Shown here one piece after another: positions 17,281 to 28,478 of a stretch of DNA of 64,000 nucleotides (positions within the stretch are counted from its first letter, which is position 1; every line of letters begins with the position of its first letter). Both the position numbers and the translations under genes were made by a program. Under the pieces are notes generated by a model. The model was not told the origin of the DNA, did not search any database, and was given only the letters and a program-made list of their open reading frames with translations. Source of the stretch: Chloroflexota bacterium (GTDB taxonomy: Bacteria > Chloroflexota > Limnocylindria > Limnocylindrales > CSP1-4); contig PLLE01000043.1 of assembly GCA_003141245.1 (NCBI GenBank), positions 36,542-100,541 of the forward strand, in the 5' to 3' direction.

Positions 17281-17580
17281 CGGCAGGTTTGGCGGCGCGG
17301 TCCGGGACGAACTGGCCAAATGCTTACCCGGGTAGCCCGAGGCGCGATCCTCTCGTGACGGCGTGCCTCGCGAGGCTCTCAGGGCGATCTCGACCGCCGG
17401 ACCCGAGCGCAAATCCGGCGCCGGAGTCGCGATCGGCAGGCTGACCGCCGACCACCAGCGGGCAGGATCGAGCCACGCGCCACTCCCATTTGCGTCTGGC
17501 AGGAAGCGACCGGCAACCCTTTCTATCCAGCCGTGCGCCCGCCCCGCCCTGTGACCGAACCTCTCGCCCGACCCACTCCC

Positions 17581-18198
17581 CTACTTCGGCCGGACCGCCA
17601 CCGCCCAAGGGCCGCCGGCCTGGACCCGATCGATCGCCTCGTTGCACAACGCGTCGGCCTGCTTGTTCTGGGCCCGCGGAACGTGAGTGGCGCTCCAACG
17701 CGCGAACCGCCCCAGACGAGCCTTCGCCTCGGCGTGGAGCGGGATCAGCTTCGAGTTCTTGACCCGCCAGCGGCCATGGAGCTGCTCGACGATCAGCTTC
17801 GAGTCGAGCAGCATCTCGACCTCGCGCCCGCCCAGTTCCTCGGCCAGGGCCAGGGCTCGCAGCACGGCAGTGTACTCGGCCACGTTGTTCGTCTGGACGC
17901 CGAGGTACTCCGAGATCGAGGCGAGCGGAGCCGCATCGGGGCGTCGCGAGCCGGGGGCCGAGGCATCGATCAGGACCGCGCCCAACGAGGCCGGCCCAGG
18001 GTTGCCCCGCGCCGCGCCGTCGGTCCGGACGACGAAGGCGCGCAGATCGCTGCCGCCGGCCGCCGAGCCGGCCCGGGCAGCAGGCCCGGCTCCAGCGCTT
18101 CCATCCGCACGGGACTCCCCCAGCCCGGCGTCTCCGGCCGCGCGGTCGTCCGGCCTGGCGCCCACCGACCGCCACAGCGAGTCCCACTCCGGATCCAT
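17581..18198 (-). CDS. rnhA: Ribonuclease HI with a low-complexity N-terminal extension
   Basis: C-terminal half has the RNase H catalytic core (VVRTDGAARGNPGPASLGAVLID...TNNVAEYTAVLRALALA...HVPRAQNKQADALCNEA). It starts 8 nt after the sdhB stop. Confidence 0.8.
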   Translation of the reverse strand: MDPEWDSLWRSVGARPDDRAAGDAGLGESRADGSAGAGPAARAGSAAGGSDLRAFVVRTDGAARGNPGPASLGAVLIDASAPGSRRPDAAPLASISEYLGVQTNNVAEYTAVLRALALAEELGGREVEMLLDSKLIVEQLHGRWRVKNSKLIPLHAEAKARLGRFARWSATHVPRAQNKQADALCNEAIDRVQAGGPWAVAVRPK

Positions 18199-18206
18199 TC
18201 TCCCGC

Positions 18207-18905
18207 TCAGCCTCGTCGTCCCACTATCGCCGAAGAGACTTCCAGGATGGCGCGCGTGATGTTGATCCCGCGCGGACAGGCATCGACGCAGTTGAAGATC
18301 GTCCGGCAGCGCCAGACGCCGTCCTCGTCGGACAGGATCTCCAGCCGTTCGGCCGCGCCTTCGTCTCGCGAGTCGAAGATGAAGCGATGGGCCTGGACGA
18401 TCGCCGCCGGTCCGACATAGTCGGACCGGGCCCAGAAAGACGGGCAGGAGGTTGTGCAGGCGGCGCACAGGATGCACTTGGTCGTGTCGTCGTAGCGGGC
18501 CCGATCGGCTGCGCTCTGGAGCCGCTCGCGCTCGGGCTCGGGCTGGTCGTTGATGAGATACGGCTTGACCGAGCGGTACTTGCCGAAGAACCCGCTCATC
18601 TCCACGACCAGGTCCTTCACCACCGGCAGGCCCGGCAGCGGCGCGACCGAGATCTTCTTGCCGAGCTGGTCGACCCGAATGCGGCAGGCCAGCCGGTTGC
18701 GGCTGTTGATGAGCATCGCGTCGGAGCCGCAAATGCCGTGGCCGCAGGAGCGACGGAAGCTGAGCGACCCGTCCCGTTCCGCCTTCACTTTGATCAGCAG
18801 ATCGAGGACGCGGTCCATCGGATCGACGGCGACCTGGTAGCTCTCCCAGTGGGGAGCCGGGTCGCACTCGGGGTTGTAGCGAAGGATGCGCAGATCGACG
18901 TTCAT
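18207..18905 (-). CDS. sdhB: Succinate dehydrogenase iron-sulfur subunit
   Basis: 2Fe-2S motif CGHGICGSD, 4Fe-4S motif CILCAACTTSCP and 3Fe-4S motif CVDACP. Confidence 0.9.
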   Translation of the reverse strand: MNVDLRILRYNPECDPAPHWESYQVAVDPMDRVLDLLIKVKAERDGSLSFRRSCGHGICGSDAMLINSRNRLACRIRVDQLGKKISVAPLPGLPVVKDLVVEMSGFFGKYRSVKPYLINDQPEPERERLQSAADRARYDDTTKCILCAACTTSCPSFWARSDYVGPAAIVQAHRFIFDSRDEGAAERLEILSDEDGVWRCRTIFNCVDACPRGINITRAILEVSSAIVGRRG

Positions 18906-18915
18906 TCGGTCGGCC

Positions 18916-20664
18916 TCAGTACGTCCGCGGCTTCGGCTCGAAGCGGGTGATCGAGACCGGTTTGTACTTGAGAGTCGGCCCCTTCGGCCCCTTGTAGGCG
19001 AGGGTGTGCTTCAGCCACCCGGCGTCGTTTCGCTCGGGGAAGTCTTCGCGCGAATGGGCTCCGCGACTCTCGGTCCTGGCCAGGGCGGAGGCGACCATGA
19101 CCTCGGCCAGATCGAGCAGGTAGCCCAGCTCGTTGGCCTCGAGAAGATCGGTGTTGAAGACCGCGCCGCAGTCGCCGATCGAGACGGCGCCGTTGCGGTC
19201 CTTGAGCTCGCGGACCTTGGCCAGGGCGCCGGTCAGAAGCTTGCCGTCGCGATAGACGCCGACGTTGTCCATCATCACGTCCTGGAGCTCCTTGCGGATG
19301 ACGGCCACCGACTCGCCGCCCGCCTGGCGGCCCCGGATCGCCTCCAGCTCGGCTCGCACCGGCTCCACCGCGTCGGCGATCGGCCGCGGTCGCTCGACCG
19401 AGCCCGCATGGCGCGCCATTTGACGCCCGGCTCGCCGGCCGAAGACCAGCAGGTCCACGAGCGAGTTGGTCCCGAGCCGGTTGGCTCCGTGGACGCTGAC
19501 GCAGGCGCATTCGCCCGCGGCGAAGAGTCCCGGCACCACTGTGCCCTTGTCGTCGCGCACGACCTCGGAGAAGACATTGGTAGGAATGCCGCCCATGGCG
19601 TAGTGAGCGGTGGGCTGAACCGGCACCGGCTCCTTGAGCGGCTCGACGCCCTGGTAGATGCGGGCGAAGTCGGTGATGTCGGGCAACTTCTCCTCGATGA
19701 CCTTGCGGCCGAGATGCCGGACGTCGAGGTAGAGGTAGTCCTTGCCGCCGATGCCCCGGCCGGCACGGATCTCCTGGTACATCGCCCGACTGACCATGTC
19801 GCGTGGGGCCAGCTCCATCAGCTTGGGCGCATAGTTCGACATGAAGCGCTCGCCCTTGTCGTTGAGGAGCGTGCCGCCCTCGCCGCGGGCCGCTTCGGAG
19901 AGAAGGATGCCGATGCCGACTATCCCGGTCGGGTGGAACTGGAAGAACTCCATGTCCTGGATCGGGATGCCGTGGCGGTAGCACAGCGCGACGCCGTCGC
20001 CGGTGAGGCTGTGGGCATTGGACGTGATCCTGAACATCCGCCCGAAACCGCCGGTCGCCAGCAGGACTGCCTTGGCCCGGAAGGTGTGGAGCTGCCCGTC
20101 GGCGACCCTGTAGGCCACGACCCCGGCGGCGCGGCCGCCCTGGGCTGGCTCGCCGCCCTCGAAGAGCAAGTCCACGACCTGGTACTCGTCGAAGAACTTG
20201 ACGCCGTGCTTGATGCACTGCTGGTAGAGCGTCTGCAGGATCATGTGGCCGGTCCTGTCGGCCGCGAAACAGGCCCGCCGAACGGGCGCCTCGCCGTAGT
20301 TGCTGGTATGACCGCCGAATCGCCGCTGGTCGATCTTGCCGTCCGGCGTGCGGTTGAACGGCAGGCCCATGTGCTCGAGCTCGATGACGGTCTCGATGGC
20401 CTCGCGGGCGAGCACTTCGGCGGCATCCTGGTCGACGAGGTAGTCGCCGCCCTTGACCGTGTCGAACATGTGCCACTCCCAGTGGTCCTCCTCGAGGTTG
20501 CCGAGAGCGGCGCAGACACCGCCCTGGGCGGTTCCGGTGTGGGAGCGGGTCGGGTAGAGCTTCGTCAGGACGGCGGTGTTGACGCCTTCGCGGGCCAGCT
20601 CGAGGGCGGCCCACAGACCGGCTCCGCCGGCGCCGACGACGATCGCATCGAACGGGTAGTCCAT
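18916..20664 (-). CDS. sdhA: Succinate dehydrogenase flavoprotein subunit
   Basis: 582 aa with an FAD-binding N-terminus (DAIVVGAGGAGL) and the fumarate reductase/SDH catalytic region (HYAMGGI, RSHTGTAQGG). Confidence 0.9.
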   Translation of the reverse strand: MDYPFDAIVVGAGGAGLWAALELAREGVNTAVLTKLYPTRSHTGTAQGGVCAALGNLEEDHWEWHMFDTVKGGDYLVDQDAAEVLAREAIETVIELEHMGLPFNRTPDGKIDQRRFGGHTSNYGEAPVRRACFAADRTGHMILQTLYQQCIKHGVKFFDEYQVVDLLFEGGEPAQGGRAAGVVAYRVADGQLHTFRAKAVLLATGGFGRMFRITSNAHSLTGDGVALCYRHGIPIQDMEFFQFHPTGIVGIGILLSEAARGEGGTLLNDKGERFMSNYAPKLMELAPRDMVSRAMYQEIRAGRGIGGKDYLYLDVRHLGRKVIEEKLPDITDFARIYQGVEPLKEPVPVQPTAHYAMGGIPTNVFSEVVRDDKGTVVPGLFAAGECACVSVHGANRLGTNSLVDLLVFGRRAGRQMARHAGSVERPRPIADAVEPVRAELEAIRGRQAGGESVAVIRKELQDVMMDNVGVYRDGKLLTGALAKVRELKDRNGAVSIGDCGAVFNTDLLEANELGYLLDLAEVMVASALARTESRGAHSREDFPERNDAGWLKHTLAYKGPKGPTLKYKPVSITRFEPKPRTY

Positions 20665-20666
20665 CT

Positions 20667-21059
20667 CTACTTCCCCAACGGAAGCGGGACGGACATGACG
20701 ACGATCGTGCCCATGACGAAGATCACGGCGCCGACCAGGTAGAGCGTCGCCAGAGCGAGGGTTCGGCGACCGCCCTTGAGGTAGTCCATGGTCACAGTCC
20801 GCAGGCCGAGGAATCCATGGAGGACGACCATCATCAGCAACAGCCAGTCGAAGCCGCGCCAGAAGAGGCTGTTCCAGCGCTGATTGAAGATCCAGGTGCT
20901 GGTCTGCTGCGACGGATCGAAGACGAAATGCTGCAGGCTGAAGTGGACCAGGGCCAGGGCGAAGAGCGCCACACCCGAGAGCCGCATGAAGTACCAGGCC
21001 GCCAGCTCAAAGCCACCGCTTTGCGGTCGGGGCCGGCCGGAGCGCGAATACAGTGCCAT
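20667..21059 (-). CDS. sdhD: Succinate dehydrogenase hydrophobic membrane anchor subunit
   Basis: 130 aa with three TM helices, directly upstream of sdhA. Confidence 0.7.
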   Translation of the reverse strand: MALYSRSGRPRPQSGGFELAAWYFMRLSGVALFALALVHFSLQHFVFDPSQQTSTWIFNQRWNSLFWRGFDWLLLMMVVLHGFLGLRTVTMDYLKGGRRTLALATLYLVGAVIFVMGTIVVMSVPLPLGK

Positions 21060-21071
21060 CTCGACGCTCCT

Positions 21072-21434
21072 CTACAGGCCCAGAGCCGGGCGCATGATGA
21101 TGAAGGCGCCGGGCAGACCCAGGCCGACGAAGATCGCCCAGTTGGCGTACCACATTTGCTTGTGGTACGCGGTCAGCGACGGCCAGAGGTCCATCAGCAT
21201 GATCCGGATGCCGTTGAGGGCGTGGTATAGAAGCGCCGCGCCGAGCAAGACCTCCATGATTCGGCCCGGCGTGCTGGCGTAGAACTTGAGGATGTCGTCG
21301 TACACGTTCGGGTTGCCGCCGGCCAGGTAGATGTCCAGGACGTGGAGCAGCACGAAGAGCCAGATGGCGATCCCCGAGATGCGGTGGAAGGCCCAGGCCA
21401 CCATCCCCTCGGAGCCGCGATAGCGGAGCAGCAT
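21072..21434 (-). CDS. sdhC: Succinate dehydrogenase cytochrome b556 subunit
   Basis: 120 aa with TM helices and HRISG...H ligands; first gene of the sdhCDAB operon. Confidence 0.7.
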   Translation of the reverse strand: MLLRYRGSEGMVAWAFHRISGIAIWLFVLLHVLDIYLAGGNPNVYDDILKFYASTPGRIMEVLLGAALLYHALNGIRIMLMDLWPSLTAYHKQMWYANWAIFVGLGLPGAFIIMRPALGL

Positions 21435-21496
21435 GCAGCCTCCCGAACCTTCTTCGACCGGCTCAACCGATCCCTGCTTACGACGCTTGCGACCGA

Positions 21497-22519
21497 TCAG
21501 GCCGTGGCGGCCACCGATTCCAGGCGGGCGACGATGGCGTGGGCGAACTCTCTTGTGCCGGCGGAGCCGCCGAGATCGTAGGTCACGGTGCGGCCCTCAG
21601 CGATGACCGCCCGTATGGCGTCCTCCACGCGCTCGGCCGCGGCCTGCTCGCCGATGTGGCGGAGCAGCAGCACGCCCGAGAGCATCAGTGCGGTTGGATT
21701 GGCCTTGTTCTGGCCCGCGTACTTGGGGGCGGAGCCGTGGACAGCCTCGAAGACCGCAGCGTCGGCGCCGATGTTGGCCCCGGGTGCGACTCCCAGTCCG
21801 CCGACGAGCCCGGCGGCCAGATCGCTCACGATGTCGCCGTACAGGTTCGGCAGGAGGAGCACGTCGTAGAGCTCGGGCTTCTGTACGAGCTGCATGCACA
21901 TGTTGTCGACGATGCGGTCCTCGAAGGCGATTTTGCCCTCGTACTGCGCGGCTATGGTCCTGCAGCTCTCCAGGAAGAGACCGTCGGAGAACTTCATGAT
22001 GTTGGCCTTGTGAACGGCAGTGACCTTGCGGCGACCGTTCGCGACGGCGTACTCGAATGCGAAGCGCGCGATCCGCTCGGAGGCGGCCCGGGTGATGATC
22101 TTGATGCTCTCGGCGGCATCCGGCCCGACCATGTGCTCGATGCCGGCGTAGAGGTCCTCGGTGTTCTCGCGCACGATGACCAGGTCAACGCCCTCGTAGC
22201 GGGTCTTGAGGCCCGGCATCGAGCGCACCGGCCGAAGGTTCGCGTACAGGCCAAGCGTCTGGCGCAGAGCCACATTGACGGACCGGAAGCCCACCCCGAC
22301 CGGAGTGGTGATGGGTCCCTTGATGGCTACCTTGTTGCGCAGAATCGAGTCGAGGACGGACTGCGGAAGCGGAGTCCCCTCTTTCTCCATGACCGCCTCG
22401 CCGGCGTCGACGACCTCCCAATCGAGCTTGACTCCCGAGGCGTCGAGGACTCGCCTGGTTGCCTCGGCCAGTTCGGGGCCGATCCCGTCTCCCGGAATGA
22501 GCGTCACTGTTAGGGCCAT
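21497..22519 (-). CDS. icd: NAD-dependent isocitrate dehydrogenase / isopropylmalate-dehydrogenase-family enzyme (start at MALTVTL)
   Basis: [20 protein letters not shown] and [19 protein letters not shown] motifs of the beta-decarboxylating dehydrogenase family. Its TCA-cycle neighbourhood favours IDH. Confidence 0.75.
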   Translation of the reverse strand: MALTVTLIPGDGIGPELAEATRRVLDASGVKLDWEVVDAGEAVMEKEGTPLPQSVLDSILRNKVAIKGPITTPVGVGFRSVNVALRQTLGLYANLRPVRSMPGLKTRYEGVDLVIVRENTEDLYAGIEHMVGPDAAESIKIITRAASERIARFAFEYAVANGRRKVTAVHKANIMKFSDGLFLESCRTIAAQYEGKIAFEDRIVDNMCMQLVQKPELYDVLLLPNLYGDIVSDLAAGLVGGLGVAPGANIGADAAVFEAVHGSAPKYAGQNKANPTALMLSGVLLLRHIGEQAAAERVEDAIRAVIAEGRTVTYDLGGSAGTREFAHAIVARLESVAATA

Positions 22520-22685
22520 GGGCGGAATTCTAGCCACAAGCCGAGGGGTCTGGCAGCCTGCCCGATAGAGTGGCGGAACGCGGAGACAGCCCGACGCCAT
22601 TCGGGCGGCCTCCTGCTAGGATCGGCCCATTACAAGAGGGCCACGGGCAGATCCGATACCGCCCCTCGTCTGGCAGACATCGGGA

Positions 22686-23869
<1,184 letters not shown>

Positions 23870-23873
<4 letters not shown>

Positions 23874-24754
23874 GCATCCTCGTCGGGCGCGACACGCGCC
23901 TAGTGGTCCAGGGCATCACTGGTCGAGAGGGCGAGTTCCACACCCGTGCGGCGATCGCATACGGGACGAAAGTCGTTGCCGGCACGCGGCCGGGCAAGGG
24001 CGGCCAGACCGCCATCGACGGCACCGTGCCGATCTTCGACACGGTCGTCGAGGCAGTGAACCAGGCCGGCGCCAACACCTCGATCATCTACATCCCCGCC
24101 AACGGCGCTCCGGACGCGGTCCTCGAGTCGGTCGATGCCGGCATCAAGACGATCGTCTGCATCACCGAAGGCATACCTGCGCTCGACATGATCCCGGTCG
24201 TCGAGGCAGTCCGCCGCGCGGGAGCGCAGCTGATCGGGCCCAACTGCCCCGGCGTCACCTCGCCAGGGCGGGCGAAGGTGGGCATCATCCCGGCTTCCAT
24301 CCACAAACCCGGTCGCGTGGGCGTCGTCTCGCGCTCGGGCACGCTCACTTACGAAGCCGTGCAGGCGATGACCGATGCCGGGCTCGGACAGTCCAGCTGC
24401 GTGGGCATCGGCGGTGACCCGATCATAGGCACCACTTTCCTCGACGTGCTCAAGCTCTTCCGCGACGACCCGGAGACCGACGCGATCGTGATGATCGGTG
24501 AGATCGGCGGGTCTGCGGAGGAGGAGGCGGCCGCCTTCGCCGCCGAGCACCTCAAGGGCATCCCGATGGCCGCCTTCATCGCGGGCCGGACGGCGCCCCC
24601 GGGACGGCGCATGGGCCATGCCGGCGCGATCATCTCGGGCGGCACTGGAACCGCGGCGGAGAAGATCGCCGCGCTCGAGGCCGCCGGCGTTCGCGTGGCA
24701 GACTCCCCGACTCAGCTGCCCAGGCTGCTTCTCGAGGCCGGCTACCGGCCGTAA
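23870..24754 (+). CDS. sucD: Succinyl-CoA ligase alpha subunit
   Basis: [10 protein letters not shown], the active-site region [10 protein letters not shown], and a 4-nt overlap with sucC. Confidence 0.9.
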
Positions 24755-24864
24755 TCCCGGCTCGGACGCCCGTCAAAGAGATTCGTGCGGCCCATGAATG
24801 GCATCGCAGCGCTGGATGACCTGATCGATTGCGAGGAATTCGGGTGTCTGGCAGGTTGTTCGGG

Positions 24865-25329
24865 CTAGTAGCCCAGCCTCGCCCAGGCCGGGCCGCCGGG
24901 AGCTTCGATCAACTCGACCAGAACCCCGTGGCAGCTCTTCGGGTGGACGAAGGCGACCGGCCCTTCGGCCCCTTTACGGGCGGTCCCGTCGATGAGCTGG
25001 AGCCCGTCGGCAGCGAGCTTGTCGAGCGCCGCCTGGATATCGGGGACCTCGAAGCAGACGTGGTGGAACCCCTCGCCCTTCGATTCGAGGAACCTGGCCG
25101 CGCCCGTCGTGTCGTCGTTCGGCGCAACGAGTTCGATCTTGACTTCGCCCACCGGCAGGAAGCCGATCGTCACGCGGTCATACGGGATCGGCATGACCGT
25201 CTCTACCGTAAGCCCGAGCTTGTCGCGGTAGAGCTCGAGCGCGGCGTCGAGGTCGCGCACGATGACGGCGACGTGGTGGATCTTGCCGATCCCCAGGCCT
25301 TCGGGCAGGACGGACTTGAGCTGATCCAT
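24865..25329 (-). CDS. mce: Methylmalonyl-CoA epimerase (VOC/glyoxalase superfamily); start at MDQLKS
   Basis: HHVAVIVRDLDAAL...HHVCFEVPDI...GVLVELIE is a two-module VOC fold. It is adjacent to the methylmalonyl-CoA mutase gene. Confidence 0.75.
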   Translation of the reverse strand: MDQLKSVLPEGLGIGKIHHVAVIVRDLDAALELYRDKLGLTVETVMPIPYDRVTIGFLPVGEVKIELVAPNDDTTGAARFLESKGEGFHHVCFEVPDIQAALDKLAADGLQLIDGTARKGAEGPVAFVHPKSCHGVLVELIEAPGGPAWARLGY

Positions 25330-25565
25330 GACACTCCTGCAACCTTCGAGACGGGTGACAGACCGAACAGGCGTTCGATATATGGTGGGCGGCGCGACCG
25401 TATGGCCCGGCCAATGGTACGAAAACGACGGGTGCGCGCGCCAGATCGTCCGTCGAGTCGGCACTGGGCATTCTGTATGGCAGCTGCTGACAGCTGCCAG
25501 GTTCCGGCACGGCAGCTGGTGGCAGCTATTCCAGCTGCGAAGAAGACTCCACTCCCCCACTCGCC

Positions 25566-27269
25566 TCAGACGGTGATCAGCTCGTGGTGCTCACCCCAGA
25601 CCTCGCGCAGTCGGTCGCAGATCTCGCCGACCGTGGCATACGCCTTCACCGCCTCGATCATGGGCGGCAGCAGGTTCTCCTCGCCACGGGCGCATTCCTC
25701 GAGCCGGCGCAGGGCCGCCTTCCATGCCACGGCATCGCGCTCCGCCCTTACCTTCTGGACGCGGGCCACCTGGCGGAGCTCGCCCTCCGGATCGATGCGC
25801 TGAAGCGGCGGCGTGGACGTTTCCTCGTCGCGGAACTTGTTGACGCCGACGACCACCTTCCGGCCGCTCTCCACAGCTCGCTGAACCTGGTATGACGACT
25901 CCTGGATCTGGCGCTGCTGGTAGCCGGCCTCGATTGCGGCGAGGGTGCCTCCGAGCGCGTCGATCTCGGCCAGGTAGTCGTTGGCGGCCTTCTCGAGGTC
26001 GTTCGTCAAAGACTCGACGTAGTAGCTGCCGGCGAGCGGGTCCGGCGTCTCGGTCACTCCCGACTCGTAGGCCAGGATCTGCTGGGTGCGAAGCGCGAGA
26101 CGCGCGGCCTCCGCTGTGGGCAGCGCCAGGGCTTCGTCGCGAGAGTTGGTGTGGAGGCTCTGGGCCCCCCCCAGGACCGCGGCCAGAGCCTGGACCGTGG
26201 TCCGGACCACGTTGTTGTCGATCGACTGGGCCGTGAGCGACGAGCCGGCGGTCTGGACGTGATAACGGCACGCCATCGAACGGGTGTTCGTGGCGCCGAA
26301 ACGCTCCTTCACGATCCGAGCCCACATCCGGCGTGCGGCTCGGAACTTGGCCACTTCCTCGAAGAGCTCACTCCACGAGGCGAAGAAGAAGCTCAGCCGG
26401 TCGGCGAATTCGTCGATGTCGAGGCCACGGCTGAGGGCAGCCTCGACGTACGCGATGCCATCGGCGAGGGTGAAGGCCAACTCCTGGGCGGCGGTGGCTC
26501 CGGCCTCACGCATGTGGTAGCCGCTGATGCTGATGGTATTCCAGCGCGGCAGCTCCTTCGAGCAGAACTCGAAGATGTCAGTCACGAGCCGCATCGAGGG
26601 CCGCGGCGGGAAGATGTACGTTCCCCGGGCGATGTACTCCTTGAGGATGTCGTTCTGGGTAGTGCCGCTGACCTGGCCTCGGGCAACGCCCTGTTTCTCG
26701 GCCGCGGCGACGTAGAGGGCCAACAGGACCGCGGCCGATGCGTTTATGGTCATGGACGTGCTGACCGTGCCGAGGGGCAGCCCGTCGAGGAGAACCTCCA
26801 TGTCGGCCAGCGAGTTGACCGGCACGCCCACCCGTCCGACCTCGCCCTCGGACTGGGGGGCGTCGGAGTCGTAGCCCAGCTGGGTCGGGAGATCGAAGGC
26901 GACCGAAAGGCCGGTCTGACCCTGCTCGAGGAGATAGCGGAACCGGCGGTTGGTCTCCTCGGCCGTGGAGAATCCCGCGTACTGGCGCATGGTCCACAGG
27001 CGTCCCCGATACATGGTCGGCTGGACGCCGCGGGTGTAGGGGTACTCGCCCGGGCGGCCCAGGTCGCGATCCTGGTCGAGGCCGGCCACGTCGGCCGGGG
27101 TGTAGAGATCCTTGACCTCGACGCCGGAGGTGGTCAGGAAGCGCTCCTGGCGTTCGGGCGAGCGGGCGAGCGCCTTCGCCCGCGTGGTGGAGCGCCACCG
27201 CTCCCGGCCCGGATCGGCCGCCGATCCGTCGTTCGCTCCGGCCTTGGGTGTCCCATGGTCCTCCGACAC
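25566..27269 (-). CDS. Methylmalonyl-CoA mutase, catalytic (TIM-barrel) domain only; probable GTG start at 27269 preceded by GGAGGA
   Basis: [50 protein letters not shown] and [12 protein letters not shown] match the MutB/Sbm substrate-binding domain. The protein ends just after ...VNKFRDEE and contains no B12-binding DxHxxG domain. Confidence 0.8.
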   Translation of the reverse strand: MSEDHGTPKAGANDGSAADPGRERWRSTTRAKALARSPERQERFLTTSGVEVKDLYTPADVAGLDQDRDLGRPGEYPYTRGVQPTMYRGRLWTMRQYAGFSTAEETNRRFRYLLEQGQTGLSVAFDLPTQLGYDSDAPQSEGEVGRVGVPVNSLADMEVLLDGLPLGTVSTSMTINASAAVLLALYVAAAEKQGVARGQVSGTTQNDILKEYIARGTYIFPPRPSMRLVTDIFEFCSKELPRWNTISISGYHMREAGATAAQELAFTLADGIAYVEAALSRGLDIDEFADRLSFFFASWSELFEEVAKFRAARRMWARIVKERFGATNTRSMACRYHVQTAGSSLTAQSIDNNVVRTTVQALAAVLGGAQSLHTNSRDEALALPTAEAARLALRTQQILAYESGVTETPDPLAGSYYVESLTNDLEKAANDYLAEIDALGGTLAAIEAGYQQRQIQESSYQVQRAVESGRKVVVGVNKFRDEETSTPPLQRIDPEGELRQVARVQKVRAERDAVAWKAALRRLEECARGEENLLPPMIEAVKAYATVGEICDRLREVWGEHHELITV

Positions 27270-27556
27270 TTGCCGCTTCCTCCAGCAATGCCCAGCCGCC
27301 GATCGCACACACGTACCGGTGGATGATGGCACGGACCCGGGTCGGCCCGCCAGTCTATTCCCCGAAGGACGCCTGGGTGACGGTCGTTCGTGCCGCTTGG
27401 GTGAAGGCACGGTACATCTGGGGCCTCCGTCAAGAGCCCTCCCCTAGCCCGGCTGTCTTTGCGCAAGGACGATCAACTGTGATCGCGGCGCCGATCTGGC
27501 TTGGCGCGAGGTCCGCATTGCGCATAACTCGTTCGGGGGTGGATTAGATCCGCTGC

Positions 27557-27599
27557 TTATCCACAGAATCGGTGAACAACTCCAAAGTCGTGTGGATAA
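27557..27599. promoter_or_regulatory. Pair of perfect consensus DnaA boxes in inverted orientation, about 110 nt upstream of parA
   Basis: TTATCCACA at 27557-27565 and TGTGGATAA at 27591-27599 are separated by 25 bp. They lie in a 440-bp intergenic region that is comparatively AT-rich for this genome. Confidence 0.6.
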
Positions 27600-27710
27600 G
27601 CTCGGCCGCGGGCGACGGGCTGCGGTAGCATCTTGACACCACTCCGCCTTCCCGGCCCCTCAGAATCGAACCGTCGCGAGACCCAGCGCTCAGTCCGAGG
27701 TGACACTCAG

Positions 27711-28478
27711 GTGGCCATTGTTATCGCGATCGCAAACCAGAAGGGTGGCGTCGGGAAGACGACCACCGCCATCAATCTGGCAGGCGCGCTCGCGGAGCAT
27801 GACCTGCGCGTGTTGTGCGTGGACATGGATGCCCAGGCCAACCTGACGGTCGGGCTCGGGATCAACCTGACGACCGTCGAGAACTCGATGGCGAACGTGC
27901 TGGGTGATCCAAGGATTAGTCTGCGGGAGATCGTGATCTCGACCGAGACTCCCAACATAGACGTCGCCCCTGCCACCCTCGATCTTGCCTCGACAGAGGT
28001 CGACCTCCTGAGCACGATCGGCCGCGAGTACGCCCTCGCCGAGGCAATCGACGACTGGGCTCGGGGCCACTACGACTACATCCTCATCGACTGCCCACCG
28101 ACGCTGGGCCTGCTCACGATCAACGGCCTGGTGGCGGCCAACGGGGTGATCATCCCCGTTCAAACCCAGTACTACGCCCTCAAGGGCCTGGCGGCCCTGG
28201 TCAAGGTCATCGCCACGATCCGCTCCAAGCTGAACAAGGACCTGCGGGTCATGGGTCTGCTTCCTACCTTCCACGACCCCCGCACCGTACTGGGCCGTGA
28301 GATGCTCGAAGAGATGCGGGAGCACACGGAGAACCACGTCTTCCAGACGATCATCCGTAACGCCGTCAAGCTCGGCGAGGCCCCTCTCACCGGCCGCCCC
28401 ATCACCGAGTACGCCAGCGGCTCGGATGCCGCCAACAACTTCCGAGAGCTCGCCAAGGAGGTAATCGCACTTGGCTAG
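27711..28478 (+). CDS. parA: Chromosome partitioning ATPase ParA/Soj (probable GTG start at 27711)
   Basis: Deviant Walker A IAIANQKGGVGKTTTAINLA, ParA signature LLIDCPPTLGLLT, and an 8-nt overlap with parB. Confidence 0.9.
   Translation: MAIVIAIANQKGGVGKTTTAINLAGALAEHDLRVLCVDMDAQANLTVGLGINLTTVENSMANVLGDPRISLREIVISTETPNIDVAPATLDLASTEVDLLSTIGREYALAEAIDDWARGHYDYILIDCPPTLGLLTINGLVAANGVIIPVQTQYYALKGLAALVKVIATIRSKLNKDLRVMGLLPTFHDPRTVLGREMLEEMREHTENHVFQTIIRNAVKLGEAPLTGRPITEYASGSDAANNFRELAKEVIALG

Noticed and set aside
27400-27640. Calling this region the canonical oriC.
   Set aside because: Only two DnaA boxes were seen, and dnaA, dnaN, rpmH and rnpA are absent from the window. It is kept as a finding rather than an origin call.
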